64,000 bases of DNA from Octopus bimaculoides (GCF_001194135.2 NC_068989.1:34945831-35009830); one strand, 5' to 3'; counted from the first letter of the stretch, positions 52,057-64,000 are shown. A program made the numbers and translations. The notes: generated by a model from the sequence alone, not told the origin.

Positions 52057-52411
52057 TGTACTCCTGTATTTGTCTGAGTAATAGGTCCATCAGGTGCTTG
52101 GATAAATGCATAGATAGATACATAGGTAATATGGACAGACAAGACACACACACATACACAAAAGGAGTTGGAAGTACATGATCATATATACACACACTCC
52201 ACACACATGCATACACACAAAGACACATATGGAGACACATCCATACATAACAGATGCACTTACATAGTCACTCAAACCCATACACATAGACACATTCACA
52301 CACAAGGAGGCATGTATACACATAAATACAAACATGCACACACAAACACATGAATATGCAGAATACATACATACATACACATACATATGTACACATACGC
52401 ATACATATATG

Positions 52412-52457
<46 letters not shown>

Positions 52458-52697
52458 NNNNNNNNNNNNNNNNNNNNNNNNNNNNNNNNNNNNNNNNNNN
52501 NNNNNNNNNNNNNNNNNNNNNNNNNNNNNNNNNNNNNNNNNNNNNNNNNNNNNNNNNNNNNNNNNNNNNNNNNNNNNNNNNNNNNNNNNNNNNNNNNNNN
52601 NNNNNNNNNNNNNNNNNNNNNNNNNNNNNNNNNNNNNNNNNNNNNNNNNNNNNNNNNNNNNNNNNNNNNNNNNNNNNNNNNNNNNNNNNNNNNNNNN

Positions 52698-52820
52698 GTC
52701 TCACTAGAAATAAGGCATCAGTAGTGCTTTTACCTGGCACGAACCCAAACTGCATCTCATCTAAATTGATTCGCTCCCTAATTAGTTGGGCTATGACCCT
52801 CTCTGTAACTTTCATAACCT
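52698..52820 (-). mobile_element. RTE reverse-transcriptase fragment
   Basis: MKVTERVIAQLIRERINLDEMQFGFVPGKSTTDA (QFGF motif). Confidence 0.85.
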
Positions 52821-53047
52821 GATCTAACAGCTTGATGCCTCTGTAATTATTTGTATGAATTAATAAAGATATAAGTTGATGTAATATATTCAGATTTAAA
52901 ATAATTAAAAAGCAGGAAATATGACTAAATATTGGAAAGTTAAGAATCCTGACTAAAGAAAAAAAAATTTTAACCCTTTTTTTTTTTTATCTACAGTACC
53001 TTGCTTAAAGATTGATTCTCAGGGAAGCTACTACAAGAGCTCTAGCT

Positions 53048-53212
53048 ATGGATTTACCATCTAGTTGCGATGACAGTAAAGACTTCAAGTCTAAAAGCAA
53101 AGACAGTGAAGCTGACACCACTTGTATAACTTCAGATGACAAGGATGATGCCATTTCCATGAGTGCAGATGGTGAGGCTGGCACTGTTTCCACCAGAACA
53201 GATGATGAAGAG
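53048..53212 (+). CDS. BLOC1S6: BLOC1S6 first coding exon (acceptor at 52997)
   Basis: ctacag acceptor, in-frame TAA upstream of gctATGG, 55 acidic codons MDLPSSCDDS...TDDEE, gtaatg donor in phase 0 joining the next exon. Confidence 0.72.
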
Positions 53213-53454
53213 GTAATGAGAACTGTCCTTTTTATTGCCCTTACTGCTAGTACTAAATTTGGTTTTGTTATTGATGATGATGATGATAACGATGATGATA
53301 CTTGAGTAGTGTGGTTAAGAAGTTTGCTTCCCAACCACATGGTTCCAGGTTCAGTTCCACTGTGTGGCACCTTGGGCAAGTGTCTTCTACTGTAGCCTTG
53401 GGCCAACCAAAGCCTTGTGAGTGGATTTGGTAGACAGAAACTGAAAGAAGTCCG

Positions 53455-53508
<54 letters not shown>

Positions 53509-54717
53509 CTATGTCTGTGTGTGTCTGTATTCCCCATCCCCTCACTGCTTGGCAACCAGTGTTGGTGTGTTTATGCCCCTGTAAATTAGCGGTTCAGCAA
53601 AAGAGACCGATAGAATAAGTACTAGGCTTAAAAAATAAGTCCTGGGGTCAATTTGTTCGACTAAAATCCTTCAAGGCAGTGCCCCAGCATGGCTGCAGTC
53701 AAATGGCAAACAAATGTGTGTGTGTGTGTGTGTTTGTGTCTCCAAGTCTTGACATTGTGTGAACGAGTTACTCATTTCCAATATTCTGTGAAAACATTCT
53801 GGGCATGGGGAAATATTATGTTGTTTGGAAACAGGTGAGGGTTGACGATAGGTAGGGCATCTGTCCATAGAAAATCTCCCTTACACTCTGTCTGATCCAT
53901 GTAAGCATGTACAGTGATGTCAATTAAGTGGCATCTTATAATTTAATAAGCGTGAGACAAAGAGGGGTCACCATCTTGTATGTAATGACAAAAAAATAAG
54001 AATTTGCAAAACGTTTGTAATAAGTCATAACATATTTATTACTGGAGGTAATGCGTTAACATATAAGTTTAATTGAAGGAAAGCTTGTAACATCAAATGA
54101 GCATATTCTTTTGTAACCACATGATGTCTCCATGTAAATGAGGTGAATGTACATGCATGCGGGTATGTATGCAAGTGGCCTGACTCAATGCTTGTCTAAG
54201 AATTGGCAGGCATTTGTGACCCTCTAACACATTAGTATCTTTTGTTTTAGCAAAGTATACTGGCTAAATATTGTCATGCATCTTGCTTAAGGTTTTAATA
54301 TACAGACTGTGGATAATAAAAAATAGACAACTTGTTTGGAATGCTACAATGTTGCTAAAAGAAACAGTAGGTACAGTGAAAAGCTTCTTAGAATTAAAAG
54401 AGTAAGAGGAAGAGTTCAGATGTATCAGATTTCTGTGTAGAAAGTGGAAACTACTGAGTTGGGGAGAAGCTTGGATAAGAGGTTCTTCTTGATAAAAATC
54501 ATTATGTATTTCTTCTAAATTTCCCTGAGTAGATGCTTGTGATTATAGATATACTGCTGACTATAGTTGCACAGTATGTAATGTAGAGTAGAAAAATTTA
54601 TGTGAAAGCTTGGGCAAGTCTTTCTACGACTTTATCTTCAGAATGACTAATACCCTTATAGTGAAATTTAGTTGACACAGATTATGTAGAAGCCAATTGG
54701 ATGTGTGCATCTCTTTC

Positions 54718-54749
<32 letters not shown>

Positions 54750-54850
54750 AGTCAGTAAATAGTGGGGTTGTGTTAACCGCACGTGGAGAAATAATAGGAA
54801 AATGAAAAAAAGCCAGAATGCTGAACTGGAAGCATATTTTAATAAAGATT

Positions 54851-54895
54851 TTTTCTAACCGGTTTTCATTGCGAAAAAGCAAATTATCAAGAAGA
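54851..54895 (-). ncRNA. Degenerate minimal hammerhead-like motif with U3:A8 core
   Basis: cuuc-UUGAUAA-u-uugc-uuuuuc-gcaa-u-GAA-AACCGGUU-A-gaaa; palindromic stem III. Confidence 0.45.
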
Positions 54896-55009
54896 AGGAG
54901 AATGAAAATATATATATATATGGGAGGATTTACGAAAAAAACAACAGAGAAAACAGGTGGTGTAAACAACAAATGGATGTATTAGTTTAACGCTCGGGCA
55001 TAGAGAAAG

Positions 55010-55046
55010 TCTTTGACGTTTCGAGCTACGCTCTTCAACTGAAAGG
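55010..55046 (-). ncRNA. Penelope-type minimal hammerhead motif, core mutated (CAGUUGA)
   Basis: cuuu-CAGUUGA-A-GAGC-GUA-GCUC-GAAA-CGUC-aaag; paralogous to the 63859-63895 copy. Confidence 0.5.
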
Positions 55047-55527
55047 AACATAGAAAGAAACAAGGAGAAAAAAAAATATCATGGCGAATATATATACCAG
55101 CATCATAATTTAATGTCTGTTTATCATGCTAGCATGGGTAGGATGGTTTGACAGCAATTGGCAACTCAGAAGACTGTAGTAAGCTCTACTGTCGGTTTGG
55201 CATGGTTTTCTATGGCTGGATGCCCGTCTTAATGCCAATTACTTTACAGACTGTATTGGGTGCTTTTTACATGGCACCAGCAGTAGTGAGGTCATCATGT
55301 AACTTGCAGGACAAGACCCCTTAATTGAGTGGGGAATAATATTGAGGGACAGAGAGTGTGTTTTGCATTAACAGAAAAACATGGCTACCTGAAATAGAAA
55401 GAGAGAAAGTAGAAAAAGAGGGTGAAGGTGTGATGGGGAGAGGGCAAGGTGTGTTTGTAACCACATGTGGATTGTTGGCGATTTTTTTCCTCTGTCTTTT
55501 TTTTCACTTGGACCTTCCTCTGTCACC

Positions 55528-55565
55528 TGTTTCTGAAGAAGTGCTCTGCTCGAAACGTAAATCTA
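55528..55565 (+). ncRNA. Penelope-type minimal hammerhead motif, canonical core, imperfect stems
   Basis: CUGAAGA-A-GUGC-UCU-GCUC-GAAA-CGUA at 55533-55559. Confidence 0.5.
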
Positions 55566-56013
55566 CCTTTCTTTCCTTCCCTAAGCGTCTGCTAATACTT
55601 TGCATGTACCACATCTTCGCATTGTTGTTTTTTTTTGTTGTGTTTTTTCTTTTTTTTTGGGGGATTAATTTTATATATATATATATATATACACACATGT
55701 ACACACATACATACATACATACACACATAGGTACGTATGTACGTATGTACATATGTGTGAGTACATCAATGAAGGATGGTAAACTCAGTGTACTGAATGT
55801 TGTGGTATCTCGTTACATCCTGGTTATATCCCATTACATCCAGGTCAACGTTTTCCTTATAAGGGTCATAACAAGAATAGCAGGGCAAAATACTAGGGCT
55901 GATATAAGAGCCCCAAACCTTTTATGACTGCTCATACATGGCCACAGTTTTGTGACTGATGCAAAAAATAAAAAAAGAATAGATTTGTTTTACCAATTTT
56001 GATTTAATTGCAG

Positions 56014-56086
56014 ACAATATCTGAAGATCATTTGGAAGCTGTTGAGGTCACAGAATTAATTGAAGACCAGCTTGATTCTTCTGAAT
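56014..56086 (+). CDS. BLOC1S6: BLOC1S6 coding exon 2
   Basis: ttgcag/gtaagt; 73 nt; TISEDHLEAVEVTELIEDQLDSSE; phases 0 to 1 fit both neighbours. Confidence 0.78.
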
Positions 56087-57439
56087 GTAAGTAACTTTAT
56101 AAGTTTCAGGCATGCAACTATATAAATATACAGACTCATATCCATATGTATTCAGACTCATATTTAAATATACTGATCATGTTCATTTGTATTTAGTGCT
56201 GAAGCACCACAGGAGCCATTTCTTAAGATGGAGATCAAACCAATAAGTTTCACTGTTATTTAACAATTCATTTGCCCATCAGTTCCTCCCAAACTGCTGA
56301 TGATACTAACTGAAGCTACTTGATAAGGTTTAAACAAGTATGTACCTCGGCACACAAATTCATTGCCATGGCTTGGAACAAGACTGCTTTCAGGCCCTGA
56401 GAAGATGTGTTAGTAATGGTGGTGGTGGGGATTCTTTAAAGTTTGAAAACTTAAAGTTTATTTGCACTTTATATTTTCAAGTATATTCACTAAAGATAGT
56501 AATCCTCATCATTATCATTTAACATCTGTATTCCATGCTAGCATAGAAGGACAGCTTGACAGAATTTGATGAGTTAGAGAACTGTGTTAGACTCTGCTTT
56601 GGCAAGGTTTCTTTGACTGGATGCCCTTCCTAATACCAACCACTTTACATAATGTACTGGTGCTTTTTTGTGGCACCAGCACTAGTGAGGTCACCAAGTA
56701 ACTTGCAAGGCTAGATCCCTTAATAAAGTTGGGGTGTAGTATTAAGTGAGGTGGCTTTGTGCCAGGTGTTGAGAAGCTAAAATATAATAGAGAGACAGGG
56801 ACAAGTGTTTTGTTGCAGAGGAGATACATGGCTGTTCCAACAGAAAAGGGAGAAAGGATGGTAGAGATGAGGTATCAGGGCATACCCTGAAGATACAAGA
56901 GGGTGGATAAAGAGGGATTAGGTACTGAGAATTGAAAATCGCTGAGAGGGTAGGTTCATGTGAATGTGAAAGGAGAGTGACAGATGGTAGAGATGAGGAT
57001 AGAAGTGAATGCAGTGAATGGTGAACATGGATGAAGGTATGGACAATGGTGAATCTCAGTTTGGGAAATGTAAGTAAAATGTAAGTGGGTTGGAAGGAGG
57101 AAATTATTGGGGTAATACATAAAAAGAGTGTGTGTAGAAAGCAGATATAATCATTGATAGATGAGATATAAGGAAATGATGTGAGGTGTGGGAGAGGGAA
57201 TGAGGTCAGAGGCACATAAGGGTGGATATATGCTCATGGCTGCAACATTGTTTCATTGATAAAAATTCTTGATGTTAATAATAAGCTTATTGTATACAGT
57301 GCTCAGGTACACTGCAACTCATCAGAAAAGGTTAAATGAGGGTAGGGGACAGAAAGCATGCTTATAAGTCAGATAATAAAAGGCAGCAATGAAGTACATG
57401 CACTGCACACAAATAAAACGAAAGATAGTCATAAAGAGA

Positions 57440-57900
57440 AAGGGTTGCAAAGACACATCAGGAGAAATATTGGTGAACTTCAGGAAGCATGGAATGTTTG
57501 ATGGATGCAGTGTTCTGACAGCTAGCAGCTGATGGAGGTACTTTATTCCATGCTTTGACAATTCTGCACATGAAAAATGTTTCTGAAAGTCATAGGTGTT
57601 GTGCTGTTTTTTCCTTTTATCTTATATGCATGTCCATGAATGGTAGTAGTATTGAATTGATAAAAAAGACAGTGGCCAAAGTTGTCAGAAAGATGGTGGA
57701 TAATCTTGTGAGCTTCTATCAAGTCAGCTGCTGGATGTTGAAACTTTGAGAAGCAATACATTCAAGATATGGTAAGTAACTGACAGAGGGTACTTGTCTG
57801 GATAGCTTCCAGTAGATCAATATTCTGGACAAGATGGGGCTTCCAGACTGGTGAGGCAGACTATGAGTGAGTACATACTACAGTATTTATACTACAGCCA
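57440..57900 (-). mobile_element. CR1/L2-like LINE 3' fragment
   Basis: ADLIEAHKIIH...TTIHGHAYKI...FRNIF resembles the CR1/L2 C-terminal ADLIETYKI..RGH.YKL motif. Confidence 0.6.
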
Positions 57901-58911
57901 TTTATAACTTTAAATGAATAGCTGGTGAACAGCAGACAAAGATCTTTCTAAGTGATTCTAAGACACCTTCAACCTTTTTGATGGCCTTTTAACTCTTTGA
58001 ACTCATGGGCATGCTTTTGCAAATGTGATTATGTGTGACTAAACCCTGAGAAGACACAAAAGTGGGTCGCCATATGGTTTTATGTTTATGGCTGAAAATT
58101 AGTTAACCCAAAATCATGTGGTTGCCTGTTTTTGTATCTTCCATGAGTTACAATTAAATAACATAACACCTGCTAAAGCATACTTGTGGGCTCAAAGCAT
58201 TCAACTTCAAAATTAGACATATTTTTGGTGATACTTTAGATGGACTGTTTATAAAATGTTGAGTTATTCTGATCATTCCAAAGTTTTATGCTTGAGGTCT
58301 GTGGTTGTCACTCTCATTCTTGTGGAAGACAATTTCATCTTTGTATTCTAATCTGTCAAACTATTCATTATCATCTGTTGACACATCTTTCAATCATTAC
58401 CTCTAACCTGCTCAGCTGCCAAGCAAGTGGAACAGATGAAATGAGGTTTGCTTCAGGCAGTGCTGGAATATTGACAAATTCTTGATTCTTCAGTTAAGTC
58501 ATTATCACTCATTTGACCATCCAGTTATGTAGCAGTAAACAGAGATAATAATAGAAGATTTGTGGGAACACTTACTGATTTCATTTAAAATGATGCTGGT
58601 AAAATCTCTCTAATTAGCTGTTAGGTGTTGCTGTTATCATTCAGCAGACCTATAACCAAATGTAGTCTATCCTAAACTACCCTGTCTTTTCAGGTATAGT
58701 TTTCCTGAGAATACATTATTAAAAATGTGCTTTCTTTTTAAAGATGGTGATGGGTTGTTATTTCTAGCAATTCAAGTGATGACATAGAGACTCCTTCATT
58801 GGCCTGCTGTTATTGTTATCAACATGGGTGGTGTTTCCGTTGTTACTTTTGGTCATGCTCACAAAAGTAGTTTTTCTGTTGATTCATGATTTTTGTTCTT
58901 GTTTATTGCAG

Positions 58912-59008
58912 ATATCTCAGAAGAACATGTCCAAAAACTGAGCCATGATTTAATGGATCTTTTCCTACCAAACTTGGAATTGGCCAAAAAATCTCTTCAT
59001 GAATTGAC
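58912..59008 (+). CDS. BLOC1S6: BLOC1S6 (pallidin) coding exon 3
   Basis: ttattgcag/gtaagt; ISEEHVQKLSHDLMDLFLPNLELAKKSLHELT resembles human AVEQLAEGLLSHYLPDLQRSKQALQELT. Confidence 0.9.
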
Positions 59009-60181
59009 GTAAGTTGGTTGTTGGTTTATAATTGTTTCTTAGAAGAAAATGTTTGAGAAGTTTTTTTCTTTTTGATGAGAAATATCAATGTATCAGGCAC
59101 AGGAGTGGCTGTGTGGTAAGAAGCTTGCTTCCAAACCATGTGGTTCCAGGTTCAGCTCCATTGCATGGCACCTTGGGCAAGTGTCTTCTACTACCAATGT
59201 CTTGTGAGTGAATTTGGTAGTTGGAAACTGAAAGCAGCCCATTGTATAAGTATATGTGTGTGTGTGTGTTTGTTTGTCTCCCCATCACTGTTTGACAATT
59301 GGTGTTGGTGTGTTTACGTCTCTAACTTAGCAGTTCAGCAAAAGTGATGGATAGAATAAGTACCAGGCTTAATAAAAAGTAGGAATAAAAAACTGGAGTT
59401 GATTCATTCGAATAAAATTCTTCTAGGTGGTACCCAGCATGGCTGCAGTCTAATGACTGAAACAAGTAAAAGAATATCTAGTTGAATGAGAAATATCAAT
59501 ATATCTAACTGAATACAAACAGTGAAGATATATTGACTGTTTTTATAACATTCTTTCATCTCACTATATATCTTCATTTCTCTCCAGTGAAGGCTTCTGT
59601 TCAAAACACTTCTTCCTCACAGTATAAAACATATATTTCACAGTTTAAATTATTTCTATTACTTTTTACTGATGCATAACATCACTAGTTTCCAAGGATT
59701 CCACTGTTTCTGCTTTAACTCAATAAATATATTGAAAAGGTGATTTCTTCTTTTTCTTACTGAATATAACAATCATCATTTCGGGAGAAATGGTTTTTGG
59801 AAATTTACATTTGCTCGTCACTTTTCAATGTGTAAAATACTGGCAATACTAATGAAATGGTTTCCTTATTGTCTTCATTTCACGTTTACATCCCTTCTCT
59901 CTCTCTCTGTGCCTTTCTTTCCTTCTTTCCCATCTACTTATTTGCCTGCCTGCCTGTGTTTGTATGCTGAGAGCCAAGTAATTAACCCAATGTTTGTTTA
60001 CTTTTTAACATACGTCATTGTTTGTAAGGAAAACTTGTTTCCTTGTCTCTATTAAAAAAATATTAGTTTTTACTTCTATTTAGTGAAAGTAGTAAGGAAT
60101 AACAAAAACACTAGAGTTAGCCTAATAGAAAGAATTTTAGAATTTATGTTCACTAGTCTAATGTTTGTAAATTATTTCCAG

Positions 60182-60269
60182 GCAAAACCAGAAAATTCTT
60201 ATAGAGACTGTTCAGCAAGAGAATGCCAAGTTTGATGAGTGTTCATCAAGAGAAAAGCTGGCTGAAATT
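60182..60269 (+). CDS. BLOC1S6: BLOC1S6 coding exon 4
   Basis: tttccag/gtaagt; 88 nt; QNQKILIETVQQENAKFDECSSREKLAEI resembles QNQVVLLDTLEQEISKFKEC. Confidence 0.92.
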
Positions 60270-60686
60270 GTAAGTTATACTTTATCTAACTGAGTCGCTC
60301 TCTCTCTCATCACACAATAACAAAAAGGCTAATATCTTATTAGTTCATACAAGTATCCATACATACATACACATACACATAATCAAACACACACGCACAC
60401 ATACATGCACACACATTAGTACATGCATGTATACAATGGGCATCTTACCGTTTTCATTTATCAAATCCACTCATAAGTTTCAGTTCAACCCTGGGCTATA
60501 TGAGCAGACTCCTGCCCAATGTACTGTGCGATGGGCTTGAATCTCAAGACCACATGGTTGGGAAGCAAGCTTCTTAACCACACAGTCGTGCCAATGCCTG
60601 TAAAAACACATGTAAAATATTTTTACTTGCATAAAATTTCAGTAGCTAACTGTGCACTGATGCAACTTATGTTTTTTTACTTGTAG

Positions 60687-60773
60687 CTGTCTAATGCAAA
60701 GATCTACCATAGCAAATTGTTATCAATAAAGAAGCAGATGTTTTTACTTCAAGACAAATCGGTGAAGCTGAAA
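60687..60773 (+). CDS. BLOC1S6: BLOC1S6 coding exon 5 (terminal exon not found in window)
   Basis: ttgtag/gtacgt; 87 nt; LSNAKIYHSKLLSIKKQMFLLQDKSVKLK resembles FAEAKHYHAKLVNIRKEMLMLHEKTSKLK. Confidence 0.92.
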
Positions 60774-62212
60774 GTACGTTGACTTCTATTTTATAACATT
60801 CCTTTTCTTTATTAGCGTAAGCTAACCTTCATTGGGTTGCACTGGAAAAAAATAATTTTTGTTGATGTAAATATTGTTATTGTTGAGAATGGTATGTGTG
60901 ATGGTGAGGATCTAATTTGCAGTGTGATGTGGTGGTAGTGGTTGTGGTGGTTTTGGTAGAGTTGTATGATGGTAGCATACTGTAGTAGTGGTAAAGTGGT
61001 GTGGCAGTGCTAGTAGTATATTGGTGGTAGTAGAGTGGTGTGATGGTGTTGGCAGAATGGTGAGAATATAACTATTGTAGTAGTGACATATTAGTAGTTG
61101 GATTATAATAATAGTAGTAGTGGTAGAAATGCTGGATTATGGTGGTGGAGGTGTGATAATGGACGTAAGTTGAAGGCAAGGAATTGATGATGATGATAAT
61201 GGGGATGTTAATATTAATGATGGTTGTAGTTGGTACTGGTCTGATGGATATTGGTTTCAAATTTTGGCACAAGGCCAGTAATTTTTGGGGAAGGGGTAAG
61301 TTGATTACATTGACTCCAGACCTCAGCTGGTACTTATTTTATCATTCCTGAAAGCATGAAAGGCAAAGTTGACCTCTGCAAAATTTGAACTTGGAACATA
61401 AAGACGAATGAAATGCTGCTAAGCATTTTGCCCAGCATGCTAATGTCAGTTTGCTGCCTTACTAGTCTGATGGATATTAATAATGACAGTACTAAGAAGC
61501 ATTGGTGCTGATAGTGAAAGTGAAAATGGCAGTTATTATTGTGGTGGTCTCTCATAAGAATGTAGAATTAATTATACATTTATTATATAATATAGAAGCA
61601 ATCAACATCAGTGCTTCTTATTGCTATCATCATCATTATCATCATGATATTTATTATGTTTCTACCACCACCACCCCCACCATAATATTAATAAGAATAA
61701 TAATTCTTTCTGCTATAGACACAAAGCCTGAAATTTTATGGGTAGAAATTGGTTGATTATATTGACCCCAATGTTAAACATGTACTTATTTTATCGACCC
61801 CCAAGAGGATGGAAGGCAAAGTTGACCTTGGTGGCATTTGAATTCAGAACCTAAAAAAGCAGAAGAAATTCCACTATGTTTTTTGCCCTAACAATTCTGC
61901 CAGTTTGCTACCTTAATAATAATAATGGACTTTGCTGTTGAAGATGACATATGAGCACTCAGCTTTTGCTAGATGACCTGCACAAATGATTTGTTTATAG
62001 GGATCAAATGTTCTGGTGTACATTAGCTCACTCTCTCCATCAAATCGATGTTGTCTGGACAGGTGCATAGGGTACCACATGTTAGGTGTCGAAGTGGTCA
62101 TACAGCAACGTGAGATGAAGTGTTTTGCTCAAAAACACAATGCACCACCCGGTCTAGGAATTGGAATCGTGATCTTGAGTGCATCACCCTAGCCACTAGG
62201 CCATTTGCCCTC

Positions 62213-62252
<40 letters not shown>

Positions 62253-63087
62253 TAATAATAATAATAAGCCTTTCTACGATAGGCACACGGCCTGAAAGTT
62301 GGTTGAAGGGGATAGTTGATTGCATCAACCCCAGTACACAACTGGTACCTGTTTTATTGATCCTGAAAGGATGAAAGGCAAAGTTGATCTTGGTGGAATT
62401 TGAACTCAGAACATGGAGACAAATACCACTAAGCATTTCGCCTAATGTTCTAATGCTTCTGCCAGCTTGCTGCCTAGGAACTTTTATTTTCCAACAGTCT
62501 AATCTGTTGTGTGTATATGAATAATAATGATAATAATAATTTCTCTCACTCAATAACAACAACATTATTATTATTGAGTGAGAGAGCAGTACAAGCCATC
62601 AAAGTGACACTGGGGTTAAATATACGAAGCCCAGTATACCTATCATGACTACCCGTCTGATAAGAGTATACAAGGCATGACATGGTGATCTCATATCAAG
62701 ATAAACAGCGCATGACCTTGCAGGTGGGACCCAGTTAGAATTTTCTTCAAGTCATGTTGCTCAAAAGGTCCCTGAATAAGGGTTCTTTAAGGATGTTGAA
62801 TGAAACACCCATGTTTCCAAAGGTGAATTATCCAAAACCTGAAGAATTCCTCTCAACACATGGCTATGGTGCTCCCTCACTACTTCTGCTGGTAATCAGA
62901 AATGCACATATCGTCAGCCACTAAGGGACATGCTCAACTGGTTAAGGTCAAACAACTGACAAGCAAATCTGTGGTATTGAGGTGAATATTTGCTGTAGCC
63001 CATCTTTTATACCAAGACAAAACAATGTACATGATAACACTTCCAATCAGTAAAGATCAGAAGCATGAGAGCCATTGCCTGGTACTG

Positions 63088-63145
<58 letters not shown>

Positions 63146-63149
63146 GTTC

Positions 63150-63385
63150 TGAAGGCACATGGCTCAGTGGTTAGAGTGTCAGACTTAGAGTTGTGAGGTT
63201 GTGAGTTTAATTCCTGAACTGGGCTGTGTATTGTGTTCTTGAGCAAGACACTATTTTACGTTGCTCCAGTTCACTCAGCTGTAGAAATGAGTTGCCATGT
63301 CACTGGTACCAAGCTGTATTGGCCATTGCCTTTCCCTTGGATAACATTGATGGCATGCAGAGGGGAGGCTGGTATGCATGGGCGA
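63150..63385 (+). mobile_element. tRNA-derived SINE (inverted partner at 62050-62212)
   Basis: tggctcagtggttagagtgtcagac...gtgttcttgagcaagacac; follows an (ATT)n tract. Confidence 0.75.
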
Positions 63386-63858
63386 CTGCTGGTATATAAT
63401 ATACTCTTTCACTCGTTTCAGCCATGTGGCTGCGGTCATGCTGGAGCACCACCATGGGTTTTCTGGCTTCCTCAGTCTTTATCCCAGCTGTTGGCCCATC
63501 TGGTGTATAAGGGAGTTTAATTCCACTGCCCTCATCTGCACCTCATGTCAGGCTGTTAGTTCATCTGGTATTATGGAGAGGAGGATGTCTATTTCCTTTT
63601 TGAATACATCTACTTCCATCTTATGGAGATTTCTTAATTTTTGTGGCAGGGCATTGAAGGGCTGTGGGCCTTTGAACCCTAGACTATTGCAGTACCTGGT
63701 CCTGAATTTAGATGGAGTGGATGGTACCTTTGGTACAATACAATATATATATATATATATATATATATGGGAGAATATACAAATAATAACAACAGACGAG
63801 GACAGGTGGTGTAAATAACAAAAGTATATATTAGTATGACGCTCGGGAATACGGAAAG

Positions 63859-63895
63859 TCTTTGACGTTTCGAGCTACGCTCTTCAACAGAAAGA
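63859..63895 (-). ncRNA. Penelope-type minimal type I hammerhead motif (best-formed copy)
   Basis: UCUUU-CUGUUGA-A-GAGC-GUA-GCUC-GAAA-CGUC/AAAGA: 5-bp stem I, 4-bp stem II, palindromic ACGU stem III, GUC triplet; A6 replaced by U. Confidence 0.6.
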
Positions 63896-64000
63896 ATACG
63901 GAGACAAGGAGAAAAACACGGAGAAAAAAAATTGAATAGTGTTCAGTCAACGGTCAATCATAATAATGGCCGATCATAACAATGACTGACCGGAAGTTAG

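Noticed and set aside
56197-56250. Possible alternative BLOC1S6 terminal exon
   Set aside because: Weak acceptor, and the in-phase frame stops after 16 codons with no recognisable similarity.

Overview
Eukaryotic, AT-rich, repeat-dense genomic DNA with five N gaps. It is most likely an Octopus draft scaffold; this is inferred from the tRNA-derived SINEs, the RTE LINE ends with (ATG)n/(CAT)n tails and the abundant (TA)n microsatellites. Three spliced housekeeping genes can be rebuilt from splice sites and reading-frame phases. (1) AUH (methylglutaconyl-CoA hydratase), minus strand, exons 1-3, running off the left edge. (2) A complete 9-exon PARL (mitochondrial rhomboid protease, 349 aa), plus strand, 6657-29696, head-to-head with AUH with only 327 bp between start codons. 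(3) BLOC1S6/pallidin, plus strand, five coding exons 53048-60773, last exon not seen in the window. Introns and intergenic DNA hold decayed elements: Merlin/IS1595-like, mariner, maT-like (DD37D), Chapaev3-like, hAT MITEs, CRE, RTE and CR1/L2 LINE pieces, an LTR with a tRNA-Trp-like PBS, and many SINEs. The most unusual signals are minimal hammerhead-ribozyme motifs of the Penelope type in BLOC1S6 introns (one with a U3:A8 core swap), a 145-bp foldback MITE carrying TTAGGG repeats with a 6-bp TSD, the AUH/PARL bidirectional promoter, and an isolated VLDEADRM DEAD-box motif. No CRISPR array, rRNA or intact tRNA was recognised. All family assignments are by eye and from memory; no database search was run.
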